A DNA stretch of 40,702 nt from Octopus bimaculoides (lineage: Eukaryota). A program made the translations under genes and the position numbers. Positions 13,856 through 26,240 of this stretch are shown piece after piece; the stretch's first letter is position 1; every line of letters begins with the position of its first letter. The DNA lies in assembly GCF_001194135.2 (NCBI RefSeq), contig NC_068993.1:63821459-63862160 (forward strand). Reading direction: 5' to 3'. The notes beneath the pieces are model-generated. The model made no database searches and was not told where the DNA came from. It worked only from the letters and a program-made list of their open reading frames with translations.

Positions 13856-14179
13856 AAATTAGTTTGAAGATATGACAAACTGTTAAATATTGGAAAGTGA
13901 AGATTATGAAAAAAAAAAAGATTACTTGTTAACTGTGATGGACGAGATGAAATGACTTTTGATTCATTTCTAAAAAGATGTAGGTAAACAGTATCAAGTT
14001 TCACCATAGGTTATATCAGTCCATGAAAGAAAACATAATTACCAAAACGAAGAAGATCATTGCTGAAGGTGGAGTCCAATTAGAACAGAGCATGTCAAAA
14101 GTTAAATGTAACCCATTACGTTGTAATGTATCTTCAAGGGTTTAAGTTTATGTATACATATATAAACTTTAACCCTTTC

Positions 14180-14212
<33 letters not shown>

Positions 14213-14264
14213 CACACACACGCACACGCCCATATATATTCATATAAATGTACGCATAAACATC

Positions 14265-14466
14265 CTTTCTGCTATAGGCAAAAACCTGATATTTTGGGGG
14301 AGGGGGGCAGTCGATTACATCGAACCAGTGTTTCACTGGTACTTAATTTATCGACACCGAAAGGATGAACTTTGAACGGCGGAATTTGAACTCAGACGTA
14401 GTGTCAGACGAAATACCGCTAAGCAGTTCGTCCAGCGGGCTAACGATTCGGCCAGCTTACCGCCTT
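14265..14466 (-). mobile_element. Near full-length SINE copy, tail type A
   Basis: The reverse complement reads aaggcggtaagctggccgaatcgttagcccgctggacgaactgcttagcggtatttcgtctgac..tctgagttcaaattccgccg..tcatcctttcggtgtcgataaattaagtaccag..gatgtaatcgac. Confidence 0.85.
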
Positions 14467-14562
14467 TATATGTACGCATAAATATGTATATATACATATA
14501 TACATCTTGTATATGTAAAATGCACACACACGCATACATACATATACACGCACATACATACA

Positions 14563-14593
<31 letters not shown>

Positions 14594-15344
14594 TTATATC
14601 CTTACAAAAATCAAGAGAGAAGATGGAGATAAGATTGATAAAAATTTATTAATACATTGACAAGACCTACAGTTGTTTCAATTCATCGTTTATAGTATAA
14701 AATCAATCAAATTTGATTCAATTAAATCAATTTGGTTAATTATTATAATCCAGAATATCATCAAGGAAGATACACATACACATGTACACACAGTCACATT
14801 TTAAGGTAGTATGAAATATTGCGTCTTCCCACAACCTATAACGATGATATATATTTATATCAGTCAATAAAAGGCCTCAAAGTTATTGTTTGATCAGCCA
14901 GAAATAGCAGCTAAATCATTCTCAAATTCACTCTACCGCCTGAGAAGGATATATAATGGATAATCCACTCGCAAATAACTGGAAATCAAAAACTGTATAT
15001 TGATTACTGTAATGCTTTTAATTATAGATCGGTTTAACTAAGGCAGCTACGGTTTAAGCAGTACCAACAACATCAATAATAACAGAGCAGAGGAAGTTGA
15101 GCGTTTAGTTTGATAAAGTAATTATAACGACTTAGAGTTGTTTCTTTGTTTATTTAAGAAATAAAAAAGTGCAAGAGAAAAAAAATAAACGAAGAAAATT
15201 AAACCAAAAATAAAAATAAAAATACAACCTTTGAAAAACACAAACAACTCAAAGAAAAAGAATTAAAACAAACAGAAGAGGAATGAAAAAAACAAAAAAG
15301 AATCAACAAGAGTCATAAGTTACCAAACAATTTATCAGAGGGAG

Positions 15345-15404
<60 letters not shown>

Positions 15405-15573
15405 GGAGAGAGAAAGAGAGAGAGACGGAGAGAAAGTAAGAGGGAGAGAGAGAAGGAGAGTGAAAGAGAGACTTTATCACTCTTCAGTCCTCTCTTTCAT
15501 TGTCTGTATTTCTTTTTCTGTATCACTCACAAACGCCCACACATAAGTATACGCATGAATTGTATGTTTGTGT

Positions 15574-15609
<36 letters not shown>

Positions 15610-15824
15610 TTACGCACACGCACACGTTTATATATCTTTGTGTGAGTCTGGCTCTAACCGGTTTCATGACGAATAATAAAAACTTATACTACTTACATAA
15701 TATTATGCAAACTCACGTCCTTAGTTGTTTCAACAATTAATTGAACGAACAGATAGCAAAATGTCCTCTCCTGTTTATGCGAATCAGAGTTCCAGATACA
15801 ATGAACTCCTCATTTGTAATGAGT

Positions 15825-15894
<70 letters not shown>

Positions 15895-15899
15895 TTCAT

Positions 15900-16450
15900 G
15901 GACAGGCTATATCTGTGAAGATTTGTCCCTAAAAAGTATTCCGGAAATGCCCATAAAAATCCGCAAAACGGAATTATACAATGGTGTATTTACATTGGGT
16001 GAAGCGCAGTAGCGACCAATAAAACTGCCTCTCATTGCCTTGCTTAGCCCGTTGGAACGCTTTCACGTGATTAGTAACTTTTCAATCCTGACACCCCTTT
16101 GTACAGATGTGGCTACGATGGGCGTCACTTGTATTAAGTGCTATAATGTTCTTTTGCTGAAACTTCATATGGCATTCCAGTTTACCTTCTGGCGCTACTC
16201 TTTTCCGCAATGTTTGCAAATAGCGTCTAATCCATTGTTAATGCCTTGTTTTCATTTTCTCCTTTGTGATGTATACTGCTGGTTTTTGTAGCCCCACTTC
16301 CATTGTGTTAAGGTTGAGGGTGCTTAACTTCAATATTCTTTGAAGCCACATTGGCTACAAACCTCTGTTGCAATCAATGGGAATTACCACACGGGAGCGG
16401 TTTCAGGACGTAGTTAATTGTAGTAATTAAAGTATATAAATGAAACAAAG
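15900..16450 (-). mobile_element. Degenerate hAT-type transposase N-terminus (BED zinc finger)
   Basis: The minus strand gives DAICKHCGKE*R ... LECHMKFQ across a frameshift, matching the BED finger CxxC..HxxxxH pattern. A weak YTIV-like motif lies downstream. No TIRs found. Confidence 0.4.
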
Positions 16451-16530
16451 CCAATGCCAGTCACGTAACGATACTCAACTTCCGGAACATAACTTAGTCC
16501 ATGTGACTCTTTAAAGGAGTAGGATTTTAG

Positions 16531-16686
16531 ACTCGACTGAAAAACTGTCTTTCATCCTTTCGGGGTCGATTGAATAAGTACCAGTTAGGCACTGGGGGGA
16601 TGGAGGCGATGCAATCGACTTAATTGCTTTGTCTGTCCTTGTTTGTCCCCTCTATGTTTAGCCCCAACGTGGGTAATAAAGAAATA
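16531..16686 (+). mobile_element. SINE 3' half, tail type B
   Basis: tctttcatcctttcggggtcgattgaataagtaccagtt...gatgcaatcgacttaa..tttgtctgtccttgtttgtcccctctatgtttagcccc; the same tail as the 31950-32182 copy. Confidence 0.85.
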
Positions 16687-17068
16687 TATATATATATATA
16701 TATACACTTCTGTATGTGTAGATATGCGAGTGTTTGTGTGTATACATACATACGTACATACGTACATACGTACGTACGTGTGTGTGTGTGTGTGTATGTG
16801 TTCTGTTTTGGGAGTAGTAGATCTCGAACTATACATAATGCTATAAATAATAGCATGTAAACGTTGGGTTGAAATTAGAAAACATCGAATGCTGCTCCTG
16901 GGACTTCAGTCTTTATCATCATCATCATCATTATCATCATGGNNNNNNNNNNNNNNNNNNNNNNNNNNNNNNNNNNNNNNNNNNNNNNNNNNNNNNNNNN
17001 NNNNNNNNNNNNNNNNNNNNNNNNNNNNNNNNNNNNNNNNNNNNNNNNNNNNNNNNNNNNNNNNNNNN

Positions 17069-17102
<34 letters not shown>

Positions 17103-17145
17103 TATTGCAATAACAGGATTGAAAGGAAACGTGTTACGGTTTCAG

Positions 17146-17277
17146 ATGGGGAGGGGGGGTATGCAACTAAAAATGAAATGAGAATCCATTTTACAACGGG
17201 ACAAAGTTTTGCTGCTGGTTATAGTTCATCCGATAAAGTCAATGCTCTGAGAGGAAACCATGATGTGCGTATTACGG
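17146..17277 (+). CDS. Possible 132-nt phase-1/phase-1 internal exon of an unidentified gene
   Basis: tttcag| acceptor ends at 17145 and a |gtgagg donor starts at 17278. The frame is open: (D)GEGGYATKNEMRIHFTTGQSFAAGYSSSDKVNALRGNHDVRIT(G). The pyrimidine tract is weak and no homologue is recognised. Confidence 0.2.
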
Positions 17278-18377
17278 GTGAGGATACAAGAGCAGACAAA
17301 AACGTAACAGAAAGAAACATATATATTCTTTAAAGAAATAATCACGGTGAAGGTTATTGTGACGGATAAATATTTGGCGTTGATGAAACAAGCTTATTTA
17401 TGGAAAGAATAGTTCTTTTTTAATCGCAGAACAAACATGATAATCTGCATTTAAAGTGTCGAAAGATTGTTGAATGTGAGATGATATAGATATTGGTGAA
17501 TTGCATCCCATTGAGAGGAATCTATCAATCAGCACCTTCTGTATATGAATGAAAAGCGCGAAAAGGAAGAATAGGACAATCGAACAGTTTATGAAAAGGA
17601 ACAACAATGAAAGAAATTACCGTAAAATCATTTGATATGATTATTTAAAAATTTGAAAAGTTCATTAATCATTAATGAATATTGATCCTAACCTCGTACG
17701 AATATGAAAGCTTGGCAGAATTTGAACAAAGAACTTCGTTACTATAAACGCAAAGATGCAGAATAAAAGAAATAGATGCTGGTCAACTTGGAAAGTATTC
17801 TCAAAGAAATTAATTCGAAAGCGTTTATTATTTCTGCAACATTTTTAGACGAACTACAAAAGAATATAATATTTCCTTTCTAACAAACTGTTGATAATGA
17901 ACACAATTTCGCTAACCTTTATTATTGAATTACTATGAAATATGGTAAAATTAACACAATTTCAGCGAAATATTTTCTAAGTTTGTGGAGTAATAACTAC
18001 ATTATTTGTATATTACTATATTCAGATACATTTCTTCGATATTATTTGGCGAATTAATTGTATCAATCGGGTTTATGTTGTACATACACACGTCACGCGC
18101 GCGACAAGTAGTTTCTTCTGACAAGTGGCTCGAATGCGAATGTAAGCTAGGAATAAAAGCTCATTGTACATTGGGTGAAAGAATTCCTTCAACGGCAAAA
18201 AAAAAAAAAGAAAAAGAAAACAGACAGCAACCCATAGAATTCGAACTGCACATACATAATATCTCGGACAATCGTAGTAACGTTATATCAAAATGACTTT
18301 CCGACTTCTAGTTATCTAGATTAGCCATTTCAACTTTACAATTTAGAAAGATTATGAAGTAATATTTAAGACGTGTG

Positions 18378-18546
18378 AGACGGCGAGCTATACGAATCGT
18401 TAAGGCCACTGAAAACTCGCTAAGCGGGATTTCTTCCGACTGCACGTTCTGAGTTCAAATGCCGCCGAGGTCGACTTTACCTTTTATCCTCTCGGGGTCT
18501 ATTAAATCAGTACTAGTTGAAGACTAGAGTCGACGTAATCGACTTA
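18378..18546 (+). mobile_element. SINE copy (ggcggcgagctggcagaatcg family)
   Basis: agacggcgagctatacgaatcgtta...acgttctgagttcaaatgccgccgaggtcgactttaccttttatcctctcggggtc...gacgtaatcgactta. Confidence 0.85.
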
Positions 18547-19164
18547 TACAATCCACCAAAAATTATTAGCCTTATCTACATTCTGTTATGAAATGGATTT
18601 ACATAATCTTCCAAGGGAAATTACTCTTTAATTCTCCATCACAAGACATGGTTGCTACGTTTTGAAATCTGAATAAGTGCATTTTCGTCTTTGTTATAAA
18701 CGATATCACTTCTTCTTTTCGAAAGGCCTTGCGAACGGGTCTTGCATAGCAGTCATCTTTGGCATTGCTCAAATTAATGCATAACGCGTCTACCTAATGA
18801 GTGTAAAAATATCATTTTTACACGAATCTCAATGTCACGTCGATAGTTTGTTAGTTTGATCTTATTTTAATTTGCGTATAAACGCACACACACGTGTGTG
18901 AGTGTGCGTGTTTATATATATACATAGGCAAATCGAAAATAACAACAAAAACAACCAATGTCAAAAGAACGTGCATGGTTGATGTATTAGGCTCAGTTTA
19001 TGATGCAGAACGTTTCGAGCATGGTTCTTCGTCAGAAAGAGGAGAGAGAAAAGATGCAGAGAGAAGGGAAAAAGTTCAACTAAAGCACGTCTGTAGTTAC
19101 ATGGCTGAAATAGAAACATACATACATAAATACATACATATATACATATACACACACTCACACG

Positions 19165-19204
<40 letters not shown>

Positions 19205-19419
19205 CACACATACAAACACATATGTATGTATAGGTATATAAGCACACACGCACACACACGCGCATATCCATACATATATAAATATACGTATAAATATTTG
19301 AATATATATATATATATAAATATATATTTTTTCATCGTAGTTATGAGAAAAAACATTCTTTTAGGACTGTGTTGAAAACATTTATGTTTTACTTTTATTA
19401 TTCTGAACAAGATTTGTAT

Positions 19420-19900
19420 TTCATAGTTTCAGATGCGTTCCTTGCATTTTGTTTGAGAGAGTAATATTATTAAATACATCACCTACGTTTCTAAATATTC
19501 ATAGTCTCTTATTTTTGTTGTTGAAATGATATTGGTGTGTTTTGTCGCCTCTTAAAAGTGAACTTGGCCAATATGATTGATGTAGATATTGCCGCAAGAA
19601 TTACAGTCCTACCCGTTAGATTTATACCTCATCAATCAAGGATAGTTTTTGTCTGTTGCTAGGGTATGTAGTCTGGGTTGATTTAATGTTGTGCCACGGT
19701 ATAAATATTGATTCCACTATTAATCATCGATTATTATTGGAAATTCAATAGACTTTTGGTATACGATTCAGTAATACTTTTCAATTTAGTTTTGTTGCTT
19801 GAGGCATGAGAATTCCTACTTGTTGCAAATGCATTATCCTTTCGCGAGAAAGTATCGTACACAAGAACCACATTCATAAATTTATCATCCTCATACTACA
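19420..19900 (-). mobile_element. Degenerate Penelope-like GIY-YIG endonuclease fragment
   Basis: The minus strand at 19563-19610 reads CNSCGNIYINHIGQVHF*EATKH, resembling C..C...YIGQT.R.F..R..EH. It is preceded by (G)V*(K)I-like and (P)YIPK-like motifs. Confidence 0.45.
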
Positions 19901-20257
19901 AAACCTATTGACCATATTTGGTATTACTAGCTCCTTTGGCAGTTTTGTGCATTTGGCATTTGTTATTTATACTTTTATTTTAGTGTCTTTGCAGTACATT
20001 ATTAGTGTACATTTTAGTGTCTTTGCAGTACATTATTAGGTTGTTTTGTTTACCTTTTTAGACATATTTAAATCTTCCTAATTTCTCTGCACCTGGACCG
20101 TTGATAAAAGACTTTGTAGAAGTAAGGTAGCAAAGTTACTTAATTTAATAGTTTTCCTTCAAACCTTATTCAAACTCATAAGATGACATTTTAAATTATC
20201 TTCCTTGTATGTATTGCTGATAAGTTACCAAATTCTTTTTCGGTTTAGTGTGTATTT

Positions 20258-20322
20258 AAGGCGGCGAGCTGGCAGAATCGTGAGCACGCCGGGCGAAATG
20301 CTTAGCGGTATTTTGTCTGTCT
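20258..20322 (+). mobile_element. SINE 5' head fragment (well preserved)
   Basis: aaggcggcgagctggcagaatcgtgagcacgccgggcgaaatgcttagcggtattttgtctgtct, truncated at the 3' end. Confidence 0.85.
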
Positions 20323-21294
20323 AATTTGTTTAATTTTTGTGTTGAATGTTTGCTAATTGTTGCATGAGTTTCTTCTTTTGTTAAACCAGCTCAAAGCAAA
20401 TTTTGAAGTCTATCGTTTACGTTCATAACGTTTATACTTTAGGGTTTCCTGGAGTGCTTTGATTTCGACTTCTTCCTTTTTTGGCATTTATGTTGATTGT
20501 AGCTCTAAGTTAACCGAGGTTGAAGAGCACTACGCATTGGATTTGTACAAAGATATGTTGGGGAAGCGTGAGGAATTTATTTTTTTTAGTGAGGGTAGAA
20601 AATATTTTATTTTGTTGATATGATTTCGTTTATTTATTATATTCCTGTGTCTATTTCGACATGAAAAATGTTTCTGTATTATCAATACCTGCGTATATAT
20701 TGTTAAATAAATTTTTTTTTTTACTGATTTACTGCTATCTTTAAACATAGAATTTTCACACATAGATTTTATATATTCTGAGCTGCTGCGTGGATTTTCC
20801 TTTTCATCAATTTCATATGGAATTTTGTCGTACATTTCTGGTTTTGCCGTTTTCTTTTGTAGCTTATATTTATATATATATGAGGAAAATAATCTCTGTT
20901 TGACGTAAACCATTGATAGCCGTGTTTCAGTTTTATCGTTTATATCGAGGCTTTTACTTCCTATTTTCATGCAAGTTACAAACAGTGTATTTGGAAAGTA
21001 AAGTTCTGAAATCCATTCGCAAAGTTTTTAAATTTTCAATGTCTTATGTTCAGGACTGATGAGTTATTAATCCATCAACTAAAATTCCGACTTCAGCGCA
21101 ATGTCTACCACAACCACATTGTCGTTGCATATTCTAAACCGACAGAGAATAAGTCACTTCATCCTGAAGAGAGTGTTATGAAGATCTAGAAATGTTTACA
21201 ATGGATTGAGGAATTTTAGCATTACAAAGAAATTCCAAGAAATTCAAACGAAAATATGGAAAAATCCAGATGATGTCAATAAAGTCTTGTTTTC

Positions 21295-21352
<58 letters not shown>

Positions 21353-22699
21353 TGTATGTGTGTGTACTTGCGTGGTTGTGTGCCAAAGTCAGATCACGAC
21401 ACTGTATAGAAAGTGGCTTTTTTATGCAAAATGTTTGTTTATAAATAAGTTGTTAGACAGGACAGGTCAAAATGAGGTCAAACTAGTGTTCGTTTTATTA
21501 GATTTTCGTGAAAAATGTTTTAACCGTTATAGTTTGGGAATATATAACCAAACGACATCTGTTTATTACTCACATAGCTCCACATACTCGAAAAGTAACT
21601 CGCCAAAGACTATATTTAATTAAACAGAACCCAAGAAGTAAAACACGGTCTGATGAAGGCGAGAAGCCTGAAACTTGAAGATAAATTCTTTTAAAATTTG
21701 ATAGTTATTATGCAATATTACAAAATGTATTGAGTAATTCTTGAGTTTAATATTAAATTGTTTATATATGTGTGTATGCGTGTGTGTGTGTATCTACATG
21801 TATATATATTTGTATATAAATGCATATATATGTGTGTGTGTGTGTGTATGTATGTATATACTTACGCACACACACACATATAAATAAGTACGTACGTACA
21901 TATATACGTGTGCTGGTACGAATTTGTGTGGATGTGTGCGTGAGAGAGAGAGGAGAAGAAAGAGAGATACAGAAAGAGAGGAGCATGTTCCTATGAGTGA
22001 GACTGTATATGCGCAAATGGGTTCCATAGAGTGAGTTTGTGTGGGTGTCACTGAATGTACGCATGTTTGTGTTGTAAAGCTGAACAACAGAGGGGAGTAA
22101 ACTGATTGCTATCAAATAAGATTTATTCTCAGTTGCACAATTGACAATAAAATTAGAAAAACGAAATATACCTTCCTGAAAACTGCAAAAAAGTTTCATG
22201 AACATGTCTTTGTTTGTTTGTTTTTGTTCCATGTCGGCATCAGTTTCGTGTTGAAAATCATGTTCAATCGTTCTATGAATATTTTGTGTGCGTTTCGAGT
22301 GTGTCTGATTTGATAAAATGTTATAGAAAAAAAGAAAAAGAAAAATAGGTAAGAAAAATTGTATATTATAGCTTATACGATAAACAGACAAAAGTTGATA
22401 GAGATTAACTGAATTAGACCGTAGCTATATCTATATAGGTTGAATAAATAGTTACACGATCGAGGTTAATATTGTAAAATTGTAATTGTGCTAAAATCTA
22501 AAAGCGTCTTAAAGTTATTGGATTATATTGAAACGACTAAATGGTATGTATCAATTCTATATTTTAAGAGGGATTTTTTTACATTCTAAATATAAACGCT
22601 TACATATGCTCACAGAGATACACACATGCACACACACACACAGAGTTATATTTGTATGTATATACATGCGTGCACGTATATCAATATATTTATGCTTCT

Positions 22700-22880
22700 C
22701 TCTCGCTCTCTCTGTCTCTCTCCTGCTCTCTCTGTCTCTCTCCTGCTCTCTCTGTCTCTCTCCTGTTCTCTCTGTCTCTCTCCTGCTCTCTCTGTCTCTC
22801 TCCTACTCTCTCTGTCTCTCTCCTGCTCTCTCTGTCTCTCTCTCTCGCTCTCACTGCGTCTCTCTCGCTCTCTCTGTCTC
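22700..22880. repeat. 20-bp minisatellite (tcctgctctctctgtctctc, ~7 copies)
   Basis: Regular 20-nt periodicity is visible at ~22711-22840. Confidence 0.9.
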
Positions 22881-23707
22881 TCTCTCTCTCCATACACACA
22901 CACATACATAAGAATATATCATGGAGGAACAAGTACCAATGAAGATAAATAACCAATGATTGTTCCACAATTAAATAACACCCGTGCGGTGAACTTAGAA
23001 AAATCATTGAGGCATAAAGAAGGTGGAGATGAGTCCAAACAGAAGTGTGCACACACCTTCACTCCTTTCTTCGCACATACGAATATGCATAGATTTTTGA
23101 AAATATTACATATAGCCATAAACCTATCTACCCCCTTTTTCTTAATGTATAAAATCTGTACACAACTTCAAACAATCTATACATATTTATGAATACACAC
23201 ACATATATATATTTGACCGCGGCCATGCTGGAGCACCGTCTTTAGTCGAACAAATCGACCCAGAGCGTTAAAGAATGCGTTTATCGTTGTCAACATTGCT
23301 AAAAACATACCTTTAGTTCCTATAACTAATTTCTATAAAATTCGACCTTAACCTGTCGTCTCACTTTTCATTTCCACTACATATATCTATTTCCACGCTT
23401 TAAGCTCTATTTCCATTCATCTGTCACACTGTATTTCTCCACTCATAATTTTCTGTTAATTTCTTTCTTTCTCCTCCTCTAAATTACCTTTGACGTTAAA
23501 TCTATTAACAGTTTTTTAAAAAATAATAAATACGCGGTAATCACATTCGGTTAAAATGGCTTAGGTATGAGTTTTGTTTCTCTTTTTTTTTCTCTGACGA
23601 AATAATTGCATTGTTTTACATATTTTTTATTTCTTCCGGAATAATCTCAATGCTTTCTTTGAAACATATGTTGGAATTATAAATGATTTGAATAACATCT
23701 GCGTTTG

Positions 23708-23709
23708 AC

Positions 23710-23749
<40 letters not shown>

Positions 23750-23759
23750 NNNNNNNNNN

Positions 23760-23797
<38 letters not shown>
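23708..23797. repeat. (TATC)n microsatellite interrupted by a 10-N gap
   Basis: Direct inspection. Confidence 0.95.
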
Positions 23798-23799
<2 letters not shown>

Positions 23800-24755
23800 T
23801 AGATCAGAATTCAAGTGAATTAGGCACTTAAATGGTAAAGCACTGAATCAGGCCGAAAATTAAAATGGGTTTGCAACAAAAATAGACGAATACATACGCG
23901 ACTACACATACATACATACATATACTTACACACATACATACACACACGTATACGCATGTGCGTGTGTGTTGATCACTGAGAAAAGATATATTACTGAAAT
24001 CGATACATAACTTCAGAATACTCCTTTCTACATTTCTACATCATGACTGAAACGCTTATAATTCCCAGTTCTCAGAGTTTCCCATTTTCGATCTTTCAGC
24101 TGCAAATCCGAGCTTGTTTGATTATATTTTGAGAAATTATACGAATGTTTTCAAGAAAATAATTTTTTCCCCATATCGTGCGAACGACAAGTGCAAAAGA
24201 ATGGCAATCTCAAATTCACGTTTTTCGCTTTATTTCTGCTCTCGTGGGAATATTCAAAACGTCATAAATCTCATACAGGGAAGGTCACGTCAAGAATTGT
24301 CCTCAAGAAATTGCGTTGTTGTTTAAGGAATATTTCAAAAAGACAATACTTCCAGAACCAGGTCGAAATTCAAGGAGGCTGGTATTTACATCGAAGACAC
24401 TAACTCGGGCATAGGAGGCTTTAAGAATTCAATTCTTGTTCAAACCGTTTCTTGAAATAAAATTCTTTATTATTCGATCAAAGGTCACTCTGCATTTTCT
24501 GATTTGAAGTTACCTTTCCTGAATGGCTCTTTCTTATCTAAAATCGACCTTACACATGAGTTCGATTCCCAGGTCATACATAACTGAGAAGAAATGGTAA
24601 AATAAGAGGTGTGGAGAAGAATATCTGTGACGTATATGTTTGTTTTATTCCGCCCACTTGAGCATTCTTTTAGTCTTTTGTACTCTTGTTCATTTGTTTT
24701 ATTTTGTATTTTTTAATTATTTTTATGCCAGTCATTTCGTTATTTTATCAAGCCG

Positions 24756-24912
24756 TAAGATGTTGAGCTGCCAGAATCGTTAGTATATTGGACGAACTGC
24801 TTAGCGGCGTTTAGTCTGTCTTTAAGTTCTGAGTTCAAATTCTGTTGAGGATGTCATTGTCGTTCATCGATAAAATAAGGACCAATCAAGTACTGGGGTA
24901 GATGTAATCAAC
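24756..24912 (+). mobile_element. Degenerate SINE copy (ggcggcgagctggcagaatcg family)
   Basis: gagctgccagaatcgttagtatattggacgaactgcttagcggcgtttagtctgtc..gttctgagttcaaattc...gtactggggtagatgtaatcaac. Confidence 0.8.
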
Positions 24913-25302
24913 GTCCCCATATTTCCCCACAACAACCTCAACAACGTGTACATCTCCGCTCTCGTTGCAGTTTCCATCCCATCCAATTTTACGTACATAT
25001 ATTCATCTTCGTACATATGTCTCTATACAACTCGTTATATTCCCAGTGAATTCTTTGGGAGAAACAAAATATGTTTCGTCTTACTCACAGTTTCACACTC
25101 AGACTTCTAATTCTGAGTTCTTTATTGTAGTTAGCGTGACTACGTTCCTCTGAACATGTCATCTACACAAGTACGCGCGCGCGCGCGGAGTAACACATGT
25201 AAGTATATAACTAAAAAATATGTTGAAGAAAATAGTACTCGATTGCGAAAGGTAGAATTAATTAATATTATATTGAAGATGAAAAAGATTTGACAAACCG
25301 TA

Positions 25303-25370
25303 ACTGAGTTTCATGTAATTGATCGTCAGAGAGTCTGACAATCGTGACGATCGGTTGCGTGAAACTCAGT
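25303..25370 (+). ncRNA. Pre-miRNA-like hairpin (candidate)
   Basis: 26-nt arms at 25303-25328 and 25345-25370 pair completely on the + strand (22 Watson-Crick plus 4 G-U) around a 16-nt loop. Confidence 0.35.
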
Positions 25371-25399
25371 AACAGTCCGTAAAAATGTTCTTCAATAGA

Positions 25400-25499
<100 letters not shown>

Positions 25500-25912
25500 A
25501 CACACAGGATTACACAGATACATACACACATATATATACATACAGCACACTTAATGCAAAGGAGTGACAAAGAGAAAGAAGGAAAGAGAGAGAAATATAT
25601 TTGTACACACAAAGACAATAAGTGAGATGGACAAGAAGGAAGTTAAATGATCATGTTCTTACCATTAAAGCCTCTACTAGTTTTTCAGCAATTGGACTGC
25701 AGCCATGCCGGGACAATGCCTTGAAGGGTTTTAAAGATATCGACTCTTGGCTATTGGTTATCATTTTATCGATTTTCTTCATCGAAGAGATGACTTATTT
25801 CAGAATTACATCCTTTTTACACATACCTACTCAGACATTACAAACACACACACACATACATACACACATTTAGATACGTGCATATACTTATACAGACACA
25901 TATTTGTAATTA

Positions 25913-25953
<41 letters not shown>

Positions 25954-26240
25954 CATATAGATATACATAAACATACACACATATGGAGAGAATGAGAGAT
26001 GTTAGCATCTAAATGCACAGATATATAGATAAACAAATAAACAGATATAATGATAAATATAAAGACAGACAGGCAAACAGACAGACAGGCAGACAGACAG
26101 ACAAACAGACAGATATATAGTTAGATAGATAGATAGATAAATAGAAAAGCAGATATCTGAAAAAGCACCTAACATATGCTAACCTCGGCCTCTTTAGAAA
26201 TACGCATCACTTGGCCATACCATTTGACCTGCACTAAATG

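Noticed and set aside
18599-18793. Minus-strand open frame after a good-looking acceptor (VDALCINLSNAKDDCYARPVRKAF...)
   Set aside because: No convincing donor and no recognisable protein similarity.
18801-18823. 10-bp hairpin GTGTAAAAAT-atc-ATTTTTACAC
   Set aside because: A short AT-rich palindrome expected by chance in 40 kb.
20530-20970. 146-aa minus-strand K/I/N-rich ORF
   Set aside because: Composition is what AT-rich DNA gives. It might be the 5' part of the adjacent PLE relic, but I found no diagnostic motif.
22700-22880. CRISPR-like array
   Set aside because: The tandem units have no unique spacers, and the context is eukaryotic with no cas genes.
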